From a virus (lineage: Duplodnaviria; Caudoviricetes): a DNA stretch of 64,000 nucleotides. The stretch spans positions 371 to 64,370 of the IMG/VR virus record IMGVR_UViG_3300046517_000603. The stretch is one strand, 5' to 3'. Numbering within the stretch: the first letter of the stretch is position 1; each line of letters begins with the position of its first letter. Shown here one piece after another: positions 1-8,117 of the stretch. Both the position numbers and the translations under genes were made by a program. A model generated the notes under the pieces. That model saw nothing but the letters and a program-made list of their open reading frames with translations. It was not told the origin of the DNA and did not search any database.

Positions 1-2
1 GC

Positions 3-74
3 GGTCGTCATTCGGTAAAGGCTCAGGAAAAGGCCGCCAAAAAGGCGTCCGCTAACCTGACCGCTACCGCGTAG
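3..74 (+). CDS. 3' end of a truncated gene (…GRHSVKAQEKAAKKASANLTATA*)
   Basis: Open frame from window start to TAG 72-74; may be the continuation of the gene starting at 63924 if the genome is circular. Confidence 0.45.
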   Translation, partial: GRHSVKAQEKAAKKASANLTATA

Positions 75-163
75 CGAATTGCTCCCCGGAATTGGATCGT
101 TGAATTTCGGGGAGCTTTTCGGTGCGGCAATACCGCTGTACCGCGTATAGGAGGGTCCAAATG
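72..163 (+). promoter_or_regulatory. Double-hairpin early leader copy + RBS
   Basis: TAGC; stem GCTCCCCGGAATT(81-93)/AATTTCGGGGAGC(103-115); stem CGGTGCGGC(120-128)/GCTGTACCG(135-143); AGGAGGGT; ATG 161. Confidence 0.75.
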
Positions 164-349
164 AATCGTCCCGAATCTCGCCGGAATGAGATTGCGAAAT
201 TGCGATCGCGGCGGTATAATTGGGCAGTAAAGGCCGACGAATTGGCCGTTGAGCGTTTTGAGCGGTATTGCGCCGCTCGCCGCGTATTTGGTCAGACAAT
301 TTTCGCGTCAGATTCTGACAAGAAATTCGTCAAATTCAACGGCCGGTAG
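161..349 (+). CDS. hypothetical early protein
   Basis: ATG 161 after AGGAGGGT and the conserved leader. Confidence 0.65.
   Translation: MNRPESRRNEIAKLRSRRYNWAVKADELAVERFERYCAARRVFGQTIFASDSDKKFVKFNGR
192..220 (+). promoter_or_regulatory. putative sigma-70/SigA promoter
   Basis: TTGCGA(192-197)-17 bp-TATAAT(215-220). Confidence 0.45.
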
Positions 350-359
350 GACGGAATTC

Positions 360-467
360 ATGAACCGAATTCCGCGCTGGAATGACGCCTGGCCGATGTA
401 TTTGGTCGCGGCGCCGATCGTTGTAATTTGTGCCGGAATTATCGCCAACATAGCGATGAGTTTGTAG
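360..467 (+). CDS. small membrane peptide
   Basis: AGGA RBS; hydrophobic stretch YLVAAPIVVICAGIIANIAMSL. Confidence 0.45.
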   Translation: MNRIPRWNDAWPMYLVAAPIVVICAGIIANIAMSL

Positions 468-556
468 TATTTCGGCCGTATTTAGTTGATATTTACAATG
501 GAGGGTTTGAGATTCCGGAATTGATCTTCCGTCATTGGCGCGAGCTCGTGGCGGAT

Positions 557-765
557 GGGGAATTCCGGAATTCAGATTCCCGAATTCAGTTTCGGAGGCC
601 ACAACACCGGAATGTTTATACCCGATGAGCAATTCGGGTATTCAGGTTCGGGTCTGCGGTTCAAGGAATTGAAATTCGGGTTTTGGAATACCGGAATTGG
701 GGTTCGGGTTTTGCGATTCGGGAATCCACAATCCGGATTCAAGACTCGGGGATGTCAATTCCCGA
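557..765. repeat. degenerate ~13-15 bp tandem repeat tract (approx. RTTCGGGWWTT…)
   Basis: Units such as ATTCGGGTATTCAG, GTTCGGGTCTGCG, ATTCGGGTTTTGGA, GTTCGGGTTTTGCG, ATTCGGGAATCCACA. Confidence 0.6.
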
Positions 766-818
766 AACATAAGCTACAAAAGCGTGCCCACAAAAATTGT
801 GAAACATAAGCTACAAAA
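764..818 (+). repeat. 18-bp direct repeat GAAACATAAGCTACAAAA x2
   Basis: Exact copies at 764-781 and 801-818; 16-bp third copy at 4081-4096. Confidence 0.85.
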
Positions 819-849
819 CCCTACCCACACAACCAGAAGGAGGTGAGAA

Positions 850-1125
850 ATGGCAAAGCGACGCCCGCGTAACAAGAACAATGGGCCTGTAAACGTCAGG
901 CGCAAAGGCGGCGGCGGTCGAGCAAGGGATACGTTCCAAGATGTCTGGTCAACAGGTGTACCGCAAGTTGACCGGGATTTGATGGACAATCCTACGTGTA
1001 ACGTCCGCTATGAACCTCAGCCGAACAAGCGACCTGGACGTTTTGTAACATGTGGCGAGCCCGCTATAAGCACAAGGTTCGCCGCAGGCAAAACGATGAG
1101 AGTCTGCGTCAAGCATATGAGCTAG
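850..1125 (+). CDS. basic, Cys-containing hypothetical protein
   Basis: Strong AGGAGGTGA RBS; 91 aa. Confidence 0.7.
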   Translation: MAKRRPRNKNNGPVNVRRKGGGGRARDTFQDVWSTGVPQVDRDLMDNPTCNVRYEPQPNKRPGRFVTCGEPAISTRFAAGKTMRVCVKHMS

Positions 1126-1226
1126 TGTGGGTTCTGAATCCCTGCCGACGGACAAACGGCAGGGGTTGAGCACCCCGCTCAAACCGCCCACAGATCAGGG
1201 CGGTTCCCGAAAAGGAGGGTCGAATG
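1123..1226 (+). promoter_or_regulatory. Double-hairpin early leader copy (variant) + RBS
   Basis: TAGT; CCCTGCCG/CGGCAGGG stem; AACCGCCC/GGGCGGTT stem; CCGAAAAGGAGGGTCGAATG. Confidence 0.65.
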
Positions 1227-1574
1227 ACACCCAAAGAGGCTCGATACCATGTCTTCGTGAATGGTGTTGAGAAACGAGTGACGGATGATCCCGACTCTGC
1301 CGAAGACTGGGCAGAGCTGTCCCGCGAGAAAGGTCGAGCTGAGGTACACGTCATCAAGACGATTCCTCACCAGGTCATTCTCGTTGACCACATCCCGTCG
1401 TGCAACTTCTGTCAGAGCCTGGGCGAGTACGACTTCAAGACCGTCCATGGCCCTTGGGCCAACGGCTGCGAAGCGCATTGGCAGGCATACCGTGCCTACC
1501 CAAAGCTCGGCACAGGTTTTGGCCAGAAGTGGGTTCAGCGTCCGAAGAAGCTGACTGGTGGTGTCCACCAATGA
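1224..1574 (+). CDS. hypothetical protein with putative Zn-binding motif
   Basis: CNFC…GPWANGCEAH…LGTGFGQK; strong RBS. Confidence 0.8.
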   Translation: MTPKEARYHVFVNGVEKRVTDDPDSAEDWAELSREKGRAEVHVIKTIPHQVILVDHIPSCNFCQSLGEYDFKTVHGPWANGCEAHWQAYRAYPKLGTGFGQKWVQRPKKLTGGVHQ

Positions 1575-1792
1575 GCCTCGCCAGCGTCAACCTCGATGAG
1601 TACGTCAGCGAGATCATCAAGTGCTTCAAGGAGAACGATGTTCCGCTTGACAAGAAAAGCGTCGCAGCCGAGATCATGGACACCTTGTATTCGCAAGGCG
1701 TCTTCGGCGATGACCCGTCGGAAGGTGAGCTGGATCTGGCTGAGAAGCAGATCATGGACAACCTCCCGTACTACGCACCGGAACTCAGGTAG
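1571..1792 (+). CDS. acidic hypothetical protein
   Basis: ATGA overlap with the upstream stop; MSLASVNLDEY…. Confidence 0.7.
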   Translation: MSLASVNLDEYVSEIIKCFKENDVPLDKKSVAAEIMDTLYSQGVFGDDPSEGELDLAEKQIMDNLPYYAPELR

Positions 1793-1892
1793 TATACAGC
1801 CGATGTACTTCTGGTGGCCACCGATGATCGCAGGAATCATCCTAGCGTTCATTGTGGGCATCATGATCGGCATCTTGACGTCCGATAGTGCT

Positions 1893-1971
1893 CAGCAGCC
1901 GCCTTGGCATAACAGGCCAAGGTTGGCTGGTGTGCATCAATCGGCACCGCAACAACCGAAGGAGGGTCATG
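1893..1971 (+). promoter_or_regulatory. Double-hairpin early leader copy + RBS
   Basis: CAGC; CAGCCGCCTTGGC/GCCAAGGTTGGCTG; weaker GGTGT/GCACC; CCGAAGGAGGGTCATG. Confidence 0.7.
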
Positions 1972-2241
1972 TCAGAAGAACAAAAGTTCTTCACAATTGA
2001 GGGGATCATCGTGGGCTATCTTATGCCTGAGATGGACGATCCCAAGTGGGATTTCATCGAGTGTCATGGCGAGATCCTGGTGGTGAGGACGAATCCGGGC
2101 CGCATCTACCTGCGATCCATCATCAACGACGTGTACATGACGGACGGTGAGAACGAAGATCCGGAACTAAACTTCAAGATCGGTCAGCGTGTCACGTTCA
2201 GCACGAACATCGTAGAGCAGAGAAGCTACGGCTATGCCTAG
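1969..2241 (+). CDS. hypothetical protein
   Basis: ATG 1969 after the conserved RBS (MSEEQKFF…). Confidence 0.75.
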   Translation: MSEEQKFFTIEGIIVGYLMPEMDDPKWDFIECHGEILVVRTNPGRIYLRSIINDVYMTDGENEDPELNFKIGQRVTFSTNIVEQRSYGYA

Positions 2242-2629
2242 CCCTAGCAACTACCCGCCAGGCGTCTCAGGGAATGAGCCTGAGATCACTGGTCAGTGGC
2301 CGGCCGATCCGCACAACCCATGGCAGGTCACCTACGCCGGTGTTGGGCAGACGGAACGCTTCGCCGTTCAGCACATGGGCAGCGAAGAACTAGTGCTGCT
2401 CTACGATGACCTGGCGAGTGAAGGCGGCATGGATCGCGATGCTGCTGAAGAGCTGGCCCGCCAGCTGAACGAGCTGACGGCTAAGCCGTACTGCTGCGTC
2501 AATGAACGTGGAACATGTCTGATCTGCGGTGACTACTCTGCTCATTCAGATTCTGACTACCCGTTCTTGAAGCCAGTGAAGAAAGCCAATGGTACGTATT
2601 ACTGGCTTGCCAGCACATCCCTGGATTGA
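2234..2629 (+). CDS. hypothetical protein (Cys/His cluster)
   Basis: Overlaps the upstream stop; SNYPPGV N-terminus; CC…CLIC motif. Confidence 0.7.
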   Translation: MPSPSNYPPGVSGNEPEITGQWPADPHNPWQVTYAGVGQTERFAVQHMGSEELVLLYDDLASEGGMDRDAAEELARQLNELTAKPYCCVNERGTCLICGDYSAHSDSDYPFLKPVKKANGTYYWLASTSLD

Positions 2630-2677
2630 TTCCAGGGGTGTCGTGGCAATTCAGCCACGGAAAGAAGGAGGGTCATG
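2611..2677 (+). promoter_or_regulatory. Double-hairpin early leader copy + RBS
   Basis: CAGC; ACATCCCTGGA(2615-2625)/TCCAGGGGTGT(2631-2641); CGTGGC/GCCACG; GAAGGAGGGTCATG. Confidence 0.8.
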
Positions 2678-2992
2678 AGAACACAGTTTGACTCGATGGA
2701 GAAAGCTCTCAACGACGCTGAGACTCACGATCAACCGCGCATCGCTTGGACAGCAACGCCGTCAAGTGGAAGCACGGTTTTGATGTGGGTTGAGCACGAT
2801 CGCGACGAGCACTCAATCGAGTACGATCTGCTCTGTGTGACCAAAGGTCATCAGCCGTTCGTCACCTACCGGCTCATCACCGGCGTCGAACAGATGAGCG
2901 ACGGGAAGTACAGAGCGATTGTGCCGTACACCATCTGGGGTCACTTCTTCGAGGGGCTCCAGGAAGCGATGGACGACTTCTGGGGCCGTTGA
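2675..2992 (+). CDS. hypothetical protein
   Basis: Conserved RBS; 105 aa. Confidence 0.75.
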   Translation: MRTQFDSMEKALNDAETHDQPRIAWTATPSSGSTVLMWVEHDRDEHSIEYDLLCVTKGHQPFVTYRLITGVEQMSDGKYRAIVPYTIWGHFFEGLQEAMDDFWGR

Positions 2993-2996
2993 CATC

Positions 2997-3287
2997 ATGC
3001 ATGAAATGAGTCAAGAGCAATTCTACATTGATCTCGTCGGCGTCGCAGAAACCATCGCCAAAGACATCAAGGGTGACTACCCTCACATTAACACAGAATC
3101 CGAGTGTTACGTGTACGAGATTGACGGAAGACTCGTCGGCTACATCTACATGGGTGATGCCGGCGAGTGGGCTTTCATCGACAAGTTCGACCAGTTCGAT
3201 ACTTGTGATGAGGAAGGCACTCAGCTCCACGAAGCGCATGAGTATCTGGAGCGCGCTAAGGCGCTGAGTCCGTACAAGAGCTGGTAA
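2997..3287 (+). CDS. acidic hypothetical protein
   Basis: Tight packing after the upstream gene; exact start uncertain (2997 or 3006). Confidence 0.65.
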   Translation: MHEMSQEQFYIDLVGVAETIAKDIKGDYPHINTESECYVYEIDGRLVGYIYMGDAGEWAFIDKFDQFDTCDEEGTQLHEAHEYLERAKALSPYKSW

Positions 3288-3289
3288 CA

Positions 3290-3369
3290 CAGCGATGGCT
3301 GCCCCCGTTGTCCGGGGCAGCTGTCGGTGGTTATCAACCATCGAACATAAGCCGAAGGAGGGAATCATG
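3290..3369 (+). promoter_or_regulatory. Double-hairpin early leader copy + RBS
   Basis: CAGC; CGATGGCTGCCCC/GGGGCAGCTGTCG (13 bp, 2 G-U); CGGTGGTT/AACCATCG; CCGAAGGAGGGAATCATG. Confidence 0.8.
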
Positions 3370-3699
3370 TCAGTAATCAAGTGCTTCGATTGCACGCAGA
3401 CATTCACAACACAGGACGAGATGGAATACACCACCGCGCTCTGTGGCGACTGCTGCATCAAGTGGGGTATCACGCCCGAGATCGCCGACAAGATCATGCG
3501 CATCGACAAGCAGTTCGGCAACCCAGCGAGCATCTGGGAAGCGAGTTCAGCCGAAGTCGTGGACTGGATGTGGGACTGCGCGAAATCCGGTGTGGACGCC
3601 TCTGAAACAAGCGAGGAGTCAGCCGACTGGATCGCAGCCCGGCGACTCGTCCATGCGCACAACGTCCTGTGGTTCGGCTCCGAGATCCTACTGAGGTGA
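3367..3699 (+). CDS. hypothetical protein with N-terminal CxxC…CxxC Zn finger
   Basis: CFDC…CGDC; conserved RBS. Confidence 0.75.
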   Translation: MSVIKCFDCTQTFTTQDEMEYTTALCGDCCIKWGITPEIADKIMRIDKQFGNPASIWEASSAEVVDWMWDCAKSGVDASETSEESADWIAARRLVHAHNVLWFGSEILLR

Positions 3700-3917
3700 G
3701 AGTGGCTACGTTTGAAATCAAGAGAGTGCTGCAAGGCAGCCGAAGCGGTTTGAGAAGAGTCGCAGTCGTGAATGCCCCGACGGCGATGCACGCGCTGCGT
3801 AAGTTCGCGGATAGGAGACAGGCAATCCTGCGCCCTGAGGACGACGGTAGGCTATGGCGAGCTACCATTCTCATGGACAACGGAACGCTCCGCGACTTTG
3901 TCGCATCGACGGACTGA
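3696..3917 (+). CDS. hypothetical protein
   Basis: GTGA overlap with the upstream stop. Confidence 0.55.
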   Translation: MRVATFEIKRVLQGSRSGLRRVAVVNAPTAMHALRKFADRRQAILRPEDDGRLWRATILMDNGTLRDFVASTD

Positions 3918-3919
3918 AA

Positions 3920-3994
3920 CAGCCGGTCGCAGATGCCACCAGCTCTGCGGCCGAGTGTTCCAGCCGGAACGCTGAACCGAAGGAGGGTCATATG
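3920..3994 (+). promoter_or_regulatory. Double-hairpin early leader copy + RBS
   Basis: CAGC; CGGTCGCAGA/TCTGCGGCCG; AGTGTTCC/GGAACGCT; CCGAAGGAGGGTCATATG. Confidence 0.8.
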
Positions 3995-4213
3995 GGTTGG
4001 TTGATAGGGGTGGCGGCCATACCGTTTGTGCTAGCGTTTCTGTTTCAACTCTGCCTAGTTCATTACGCTCACATGGAACGGAAACATAAGCTACAAGAGC
4101 GGGATGCACAAATCAGAGAGAAGCTAAAACCCCCGGACAATGTTGTTCCAATCACGAAGAAACTCGTGGACGACATTGTGACACTCGAAATCGAGCGAAA
4201 GATCAACCAATGA
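3992..4213 (+). CDS. small membrane protein
   Basis: N-terminal TM segment WLIGVAAIPFVLAFLFQLCLV; conserved RBS. Confidence 0.7.
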   Translation: MGWLIGVAAIPFVLAFLFQLCLVHYAHMERKHKLQERDAQIREKLKPPDNVVPITKKLVDDIVTLEIERKINQ

Positions 4214-4440
4214 GTCTGCCACAGACGCTGTACGAATCACCCTCGGGCTTGGTACATCTGGCTGGCCTTTTGAAGGCCACGTCGTACAGCCCGAAGCGAG
4301 CTATCACTCGCTGTGGTCGGGAAGTGAATCTTGAGACCTGGAGCCGAATCCCCATGCTTGACGAGTGGATGTTCGGTAAGGGGCTCAGGGTGATCGCTGA
4401 CAAGATCGAGCTGCCGAAGTGCGATCGTTGCTTCGAGTGA
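4210..4440 (+). CDS. hypothetical protein (H…C…CxxC)
   Basis: ATGA overlap; VH…TRCG…CDRC. Confidence 0.65.
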   Translation: MSLPQTLYESPSGLVHLAGLLKATSYSPKRAITRCGREVNLETWSRIPMLDEWMFGKGLRVIADKIELPKCDRCFE

Positions 4441-4442
4441 GA

Positions 4443-4518
4443 CAGCCTATCCACTCCGCACTGCGGTCGGAGTGGGTGGGGTGCTCATAAGAGCACCAAA
4501 CCGCGAAGGAGGGTCATG
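4443..4518 (+). promoter_or_regulatory. Double-hairpin early leader copy + RBS
   Basis: CAGC; CCTATCCACTCCG/CGGAGTGGGTGGG; GGTGCTC/GAGCACC; GAAGGAGGGTCATG. Confidence 0.85.
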
Positions 4519-4902
4519 CCACTCAATATCTACGTCGAGCGGCGCGGCAAGAGACGCAAGGATCTCATTTGGGATCAGCAGATGCTTGACTTCTGCTACA
4601 CCGTCGCGTACATGGACGAAGATCCTGACCGGGTGTACTCCGAGGGCAAGACGTTCGGAGGACTTGGAAAGTGGGTGTTCGATCCGGAGAACAAGTGCGA
4701 GACGAAGTGGGCAGGTCAAGAATTCGAGCACTACGTCAGCTTCACGTTCGGCGTGTACTACATCGAAGGCGATTGCGGTCTTGTCAAAGAGGGCGAACAA
4801 GTCGTGAAGAAGAAGCATCGCTTCTTTCACACGGCTGCTGAGAAGCCAGTTGTGTTTCTGCCCGGAGACAAGATCGTTGCGTGGAGGTCACACAAGTCAT
4901 GA
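4516..4902 (+). CDS. hypothetical protein
   Basis: Conserved RBS; 128 aa. Confidence 0.75.
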   Translation: MPLNIYVERRGKRRKDLIWDQQMLDFCYTVAYMDEDPDRVYSEGKTFGGLGKWVFDPENKCETKWAGQEFEHYVSFTFGVYYIEGDCGLVKEGEQVVKKKHRFFHTAAEKPVVFLPGDKIVAWRSHKS

Positions 4903-5111
4903 CGATCAAAGACTACACCACCGATCAGCCTGGCGAAGGCGAGCAGACATGGACAACTGATGAGATGACCCGAGACTTTGAAGTCAAGGGTTTCTCAGCT
5001 CCGTACGTTGTCGTGATCCGAAAGTCAGATCGCCAGCTCGGATCTCTACAGTTCACGCATAACCCGAGAGTGTACTTCAACTTCCAGCCTACTTCGGCGC
5101 GACCATCATGA
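4899..5111 (+). CDS. hypothetical protein
   Basis: GGAGG RBS; ATGA overlap; DFEVKGFSAPYVVVIRKSD. Confidence 0.7.
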   Translation: MTIKDYTTDQPGEGEQTWTTDEMTRDFEVKGFSAPYVVVIRKSDRQLGSLQFTHNPRVYFNFQPTSARPS

Positions 5112-5341
5112 TCACGCTCAAACAGGCGAAGGAGCTGAAGCCCGGAGATATCCTCCACGATGACACGGTCAAGAGCGCCGACGGCTCCTGTATGCGCTGG
5201 CGTGTCAATGGCCATGTCAAAACGTGGAAGACAATGCCGGATCGTATCAGAGTTCCGCTCAAGCATGGTCTGTACGACTACGGCCGCTTGACGGAAGCAG
5301 AGCTGCGAACAGTCCATCGCGAGATTGACTGCGAAGGCTGA
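5108..5341 (+). CDS. hypothetical protein
   Basis: ATGA overlap; WRVNGHVKTWKT…PLKHGLY. Confidence 0.7.
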   Translation: MITLKQAKELKPGDILHDDTVKSADGSCMRWRVNGHVKTWKTMPDRIRVPLKHGLYDYGRLTEAELRTVHREIDCEG

Positions 5342-5342
5342 C

Positions 5343-5480
5343 CAGCCCATCCATCCCAACATCCTGGGGTGGGTGGAGTGGTCAACTTCATTGTGATCAG
5401 CGTGCCCCTGCTCGTTGTTGACCCTCCGCGAGCGGGGGCACGGTGCTCATGGTGAGTACCAATACCGAAGGAGGGTCATG
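5343..5480 (+). promoter_or_regulatory. Two tandem leader copies (the first has no RBS or gene) + RBS
   Basis: CAGC-CCATCCATCCCA/TGGGGTGGGTGG; then CAGC-CGTGCCCCTGCTCG/CGAGCGGGGGCACG, GGTGCTCA/TGAGTACC, CCGAAGGAGGGTCATG. Confidence 0.8.
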
Positions 5481-6014
5481 CCAAGAATGACAGCTCAGCT
5501 CGTGCTGGGGGAGTCCATCCTGGACATCAAAGCCGGACATTGGCTTTGTGGCGAGATCATGCAGGCGGCGGAAGCCAACGGAAACAAGAAGCCGGACGGC
5601 TGCGCAGTCGGCCTCGCAGTCATCAATGCGAAGCTCGCACCTATCGTCATCGAGGAGGACACCACGGGGCAGTTCGAGTCGGGCCTGTATGCGTATTGCC
5701 CGATCATCTTGAATCCATCGGAATACTTCAAAGGCGACGGGGAATACACCCAGGCTCAGCTGAAGGCACTGGAGAAGTCGATCATGGCGCTTGCTCTGGC
5801 CATCCCGATGGACTTCCGGGACGTCACAACGATCGAGCATACAGGCGCAGACGGAGAGAGTTACTGGGAAGACATCCCACTCTCCAACGACGAGATCAAG
5901 GACTTCAGCATCAATCAGTTGGAGAAAATCGTCATCGAGTACAACGACTCCAGCATCAACGCTCACGAAGCGGAGCAGTGGTTTCAAGCAGCGTACGACA
6001 GCGTCAAGAGCTGA
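5478..6014 (+). CDS. hypothetical protein (DUF6197-like, GHWLCG…GCAVG motif)
   Basis: Conserved RBS; family call tentative. Confidence 0.7.
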   Translation: MPRMTAQLVLGESILDIKAGHWLCGEIMQAAEANGNKKPDGCAVGLAVINAKLAPIVIEEDTTGQFESGLYAYCPIILNPSEYFKGDGEYTQAQLKALEKSIMALALAIPMDFRDVTTIEHTGADGESYWEDIPLSNDEIKDFSINQLEKIVIEYNDSSINAHEAEQWFQAAYDSVKS

Positions 6015-6015
6015 A

Positions 6016-6243
6016 ATGCCAGTTCCTCTGATCATCGGCTTGACATACGAGATCGAATATCGGCTCTCGTCTCAACGCAGACGTCATGTGTTGGTCGGAA
6101 TGTACCTGGGTGTGGATACCAAGCATTGCCGAGTATTCAACACGAGAACAGACTGGGTATACGATCCGGCTGCCATGATCGTCATACCGGCCGAATCTGT
6201 CACATCGTATCGACGGATGACAGATCAGGAAGTGATGGGGTAG
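6016..6243 (+). CDS. hypothetical protein
   Basis: Starts 1 nt after the upstream stop. Confidence 0.6.
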   Translation: MPVPLIIGLTYEIEYRLSSQRRRHVLVGMYLGVDTKHCRVFNTRTDWVYDPAAMIVIPAESVTSYRRMTDQEVMG

Positions 6244-6316
6244 TGGGTTGCGAGCCTGTCCCACCGGGGCAGGCTCGGAGTTCATTCGGACTCCATTAAC
6301 CGAAGGAGGGTCAATG
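6241..6316 (+). promoter_or_regulatory. Double-hairpin early leader copy + RBS
   Basis: TAGT; CGAGCCTGTCCC/GGGGCAGGCTCG; GGAGTTC/GGACTCC; CCGAAGGAGGGTCAATG. Confidence 0.8.
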
Positions 6317-6844
6317 GCTTCGACAGCCTGGACAGAGGATCCAGCATCGGAGGCTCAGCTCGCGTTCATACAAGACCTCTCACAGAAGCACGAGATGTCT
6401 GATGAGCAAGCTGAGTTCCTTGCCAGAGTCGGCATGGGTGGACGTAAGCTAAGCAAAGGCGAAGCGTCCAAGATCATCACGGCTCTCAAGGAGATGCCCC
6501 GGAAGGCACAGTCGCGAGACTGGCCTGATATCCCTGCCGGTCGCTACGCCATTGTCGATCCGCTAGACGATGTCCTCAAGTTCTACCGCGTGGACAAGCC
6601 GACGGAAGGCAAGTGGCAGGGCTTCACGTTCCTGAGCGTGTACGCTTCAGATGAACAGTACCCAATCAAGAACAAGGAGCACAAGAAAGCGATCATGGAT
6701 GAGATCGCCAAGAATCCCGAAGCTGCCATGTCTCGGTACGGTCTTGAGATCGGCAAGTGCGGGATCTGCGGACGAACGCTCACAGATGAAACCAGCAGGG
6801 CTCGGGGTATCGGCCCGATCTGCGCAGCCAAGGAAGGCTGGTGA
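6314..6844 (+). CDS. DUF6011-family Zn-finger protein
   Basis: C-terminal CGICGRTLTDETSRARGIGPICA; N-terminal PASEAQLAFI…LSKGEASKII. Confidence 0.8.
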   Translation: MASTAWTEDPASEAQLAFIQDLSQKHEMSDEQAEFLARVGMGGRKLSKGEASKIITALKEMPRKAQSRDWPDIPAGRYAIVDPLDDVLKFYRVDKPTEGKWQGFTFLSVYASDEQYPIKNKEHKKAIMDEIAKNPEAAMSRYGLEIGKCGICGRTLTDETSRARGIGPICAAKEGW

Positions 6845-7047
6845 TGGCTCAGCTGAACCTTCAAGTCACTCGCGCCGGCAACGTGATCACGGTGAAAACA
6901 GACACCAACACCGAGATTTTCAGCGCCGAGTACAAGAATCGAGGCGAGATCATCGACCATTGCCTCTGGCTAGCTCGAACAGGTAGAGTCAATGCCGATC
7001 GTCAAACGATCATCGACCTGCTGAAGAAGAACGGTGTGATCACTTGA
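6841..7047 (+). CDS. hypothetical protein
   Basis: GTGA overlap. Confidence 0.65.
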   Translation: MMAQLNLQVTRAGNVITVKTDTNTEIFSAEYKNRGEIIDHCLWLARTGRVNADRQTIIDLLKKNGVIT

Positions 7048-7175
7048 ATGAGTTCCGGTGGTACATACGCCGACTCACTCTCGATGAGATCCTCGGCCTG
7101 GTCAGAACGCAGAACGTACCGAAAGCGTTCATGCCGGCGATTCTCTCCGAGTTGAAACGAAGGAAGTACACATGA
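7044..7175 (+). CDS. small hypothetical protein (43 aa)
   Basis: TTGA overlap upstream and ATGA overlap downstream fill the gap exactly. Confidence 0.45.
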   Translation: MNEFRWYIRRLTLDEILGLVRTQNVPKAFMPAILSELKRRKYT

Positions 7176-7387
7176 TCAAGTGGCGTGAAGTCGAATCGAG
7201 CAACGTTGATAGCATCGGCTGGGATGACAAAGGCAATATGTACGTCCGGTACATCGGATCTGGTAAGACGTACATGTATGTTGGCGTTCCTCGTCAACGC
7301 GCCGTAGCTGCCTCGCGAGCTAAGAGCGTAGGAAGCTACATCGCGCGTCACATCAAAGGTCGGTACGAGCCAGTACACATCGGCTAG
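7172..7387 (+). CDS. KTSC domain protein
   Basis: VESSNVDSIGWD…Y…G.TY.Y.GVP…A.SVGSY…IKG.Y pattern. Confidence 0.85.
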   Translation: MIKWREVESSNVDSIGWDDKGNMYVRYIGSGKTYMYVGVPRQRAVAASRAKSVGSYIARHIKGRYEPVHIG

Positions 7388-7469
7388 TAGTGGGTGTCTC
7401 AGATAGGCTCTGAGACGCCCGGTACCAGTCGGTGCCGCAGCAATCCGAGAGGAGGGGCGTAGTGAAATG
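7388..7469 (+). promoter_or_regulatory. Double-hairpin early leader copy + RBS
   Basis: TAGT; GGGTGTCTCAGA/TCTGAGACGCCC; CGGTACC/GGTGCCG; CCGAGAGGAGGGG. Confidence 0.8.
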
Positions 7470-7718
7470 ACCAGAAAGCTGAAGGTCAGGTTAGAAGATC
7501 GAGGTCACGGGGACATGACAATCCATCTACCGGCGTTACCGCCTGAAATGGATGGTGAGCACGACGTCATCTTCCACGACGGCGATCGAGTGATCTTCGG
7601 CTTGATGATCTACCGCTATGAGGACGGTCACGTGAACGTCGGATTGTTCGACCCTCACGTGGCTGATCCGGTCTACGACCACGAGTTCAAGGAGACGCAT
7701 GGGCAAAAAGAAGCCTGA
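7467..7718 (+). CDS. hypothetical protein
   Basis: RBS after the leader; 83 aa. Confidence 0.65.
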   Translation: MTRKLKVRLEDRGHGDMTIHLPALPPEMDGEHDVIFHDGDRVIFGLMIYRYEDGHVNVGLFDPHVADPVYDHEFKETHGQKEA

Positions 7719-7968
7719 GAACATCGTGCTCAAACACGTCGATGTGGTCAATCTTGACCATCCGGATGGAGACAACACATTCTCCATCCGAGACGGACAT
7801 GTTGAGTTCTTCATGGACGAGCATGATCTCCAGTGGATCAAGTTCACGCCCTCCAACGGCTATCACGCCGGGCAGGAGCATTGTGTTCCACGCGAACGTA
7901 TCATCGCCGTGGTCTACGAGAAACGAAAGTCTGAGCCAAAAGCGGTTCAGGAGATTCGCGTAACCTGA
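7699..7968 (+). CDS. hypothetical protein
   Basis: AAGGAG RBS. Confidence 0.65.
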   Translation: MGKKKPENIVLKHVDVVNLDHPDGDNTFSIRDGHVEFFMDEHDLQWIKFTPSNGYHAGQEHCVPRERIIAVVYEKRKSEPKAVQEIRVT

Positions 7969-8051
7969 GAAGATGACGAAACCTCCAATCATATTCTCTC
8001 CTCGGTGGTTCCGCATCCTCTGGATGTTGATCCAAGAGTCTAGAAAGTGAG

Positions 8052-8117
8052 TAGTGGCCCCACAGAGTAGCGTCTGTGGGGCCGGTGCTCATTCGAGTAC
8101 CAGAGAGGAGGGTCATG
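8052..8117 (+). promoter_or_regulatory. Double-hairpin early leader copy + RBS
   Basis: TAGT; GGCCCCACAGA/TCTGTGGGGCC; GGTGCTC/GAGTACC; GAGGAGGGTCATG. Confidence 0.85.

Noticed and set aside
555-809. 84-aa ORF over the repeat tract
   Set aside because: Its F/G-periodic sequence simply reflects the DNA repeat, and it has no convincing RBS.
764-818. Mini-CRISPR array
   Set aside because: Only two 18-bp repeats with a 19-bp spacer, no palindrome and no cas operon; the Cas4-like gene is a typical phage exonuclease.
1803-2000. Small membrane ORF MYFWWPPMIAGIILAFIVGIMIGIL…
   Set aside because: The hydrophobic stretch is plausible, but the ORF runs through the conserved leader and into the next gene; left uncalled.
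2877-3791. Long antisense ORFs (e.g. 2877-3791 -, 34194-35558 +, 19826-20548 -)
   Set aside because: Shadow frames of high-GC coding genes on the opposite strand; no RBS or recognisable motifs.
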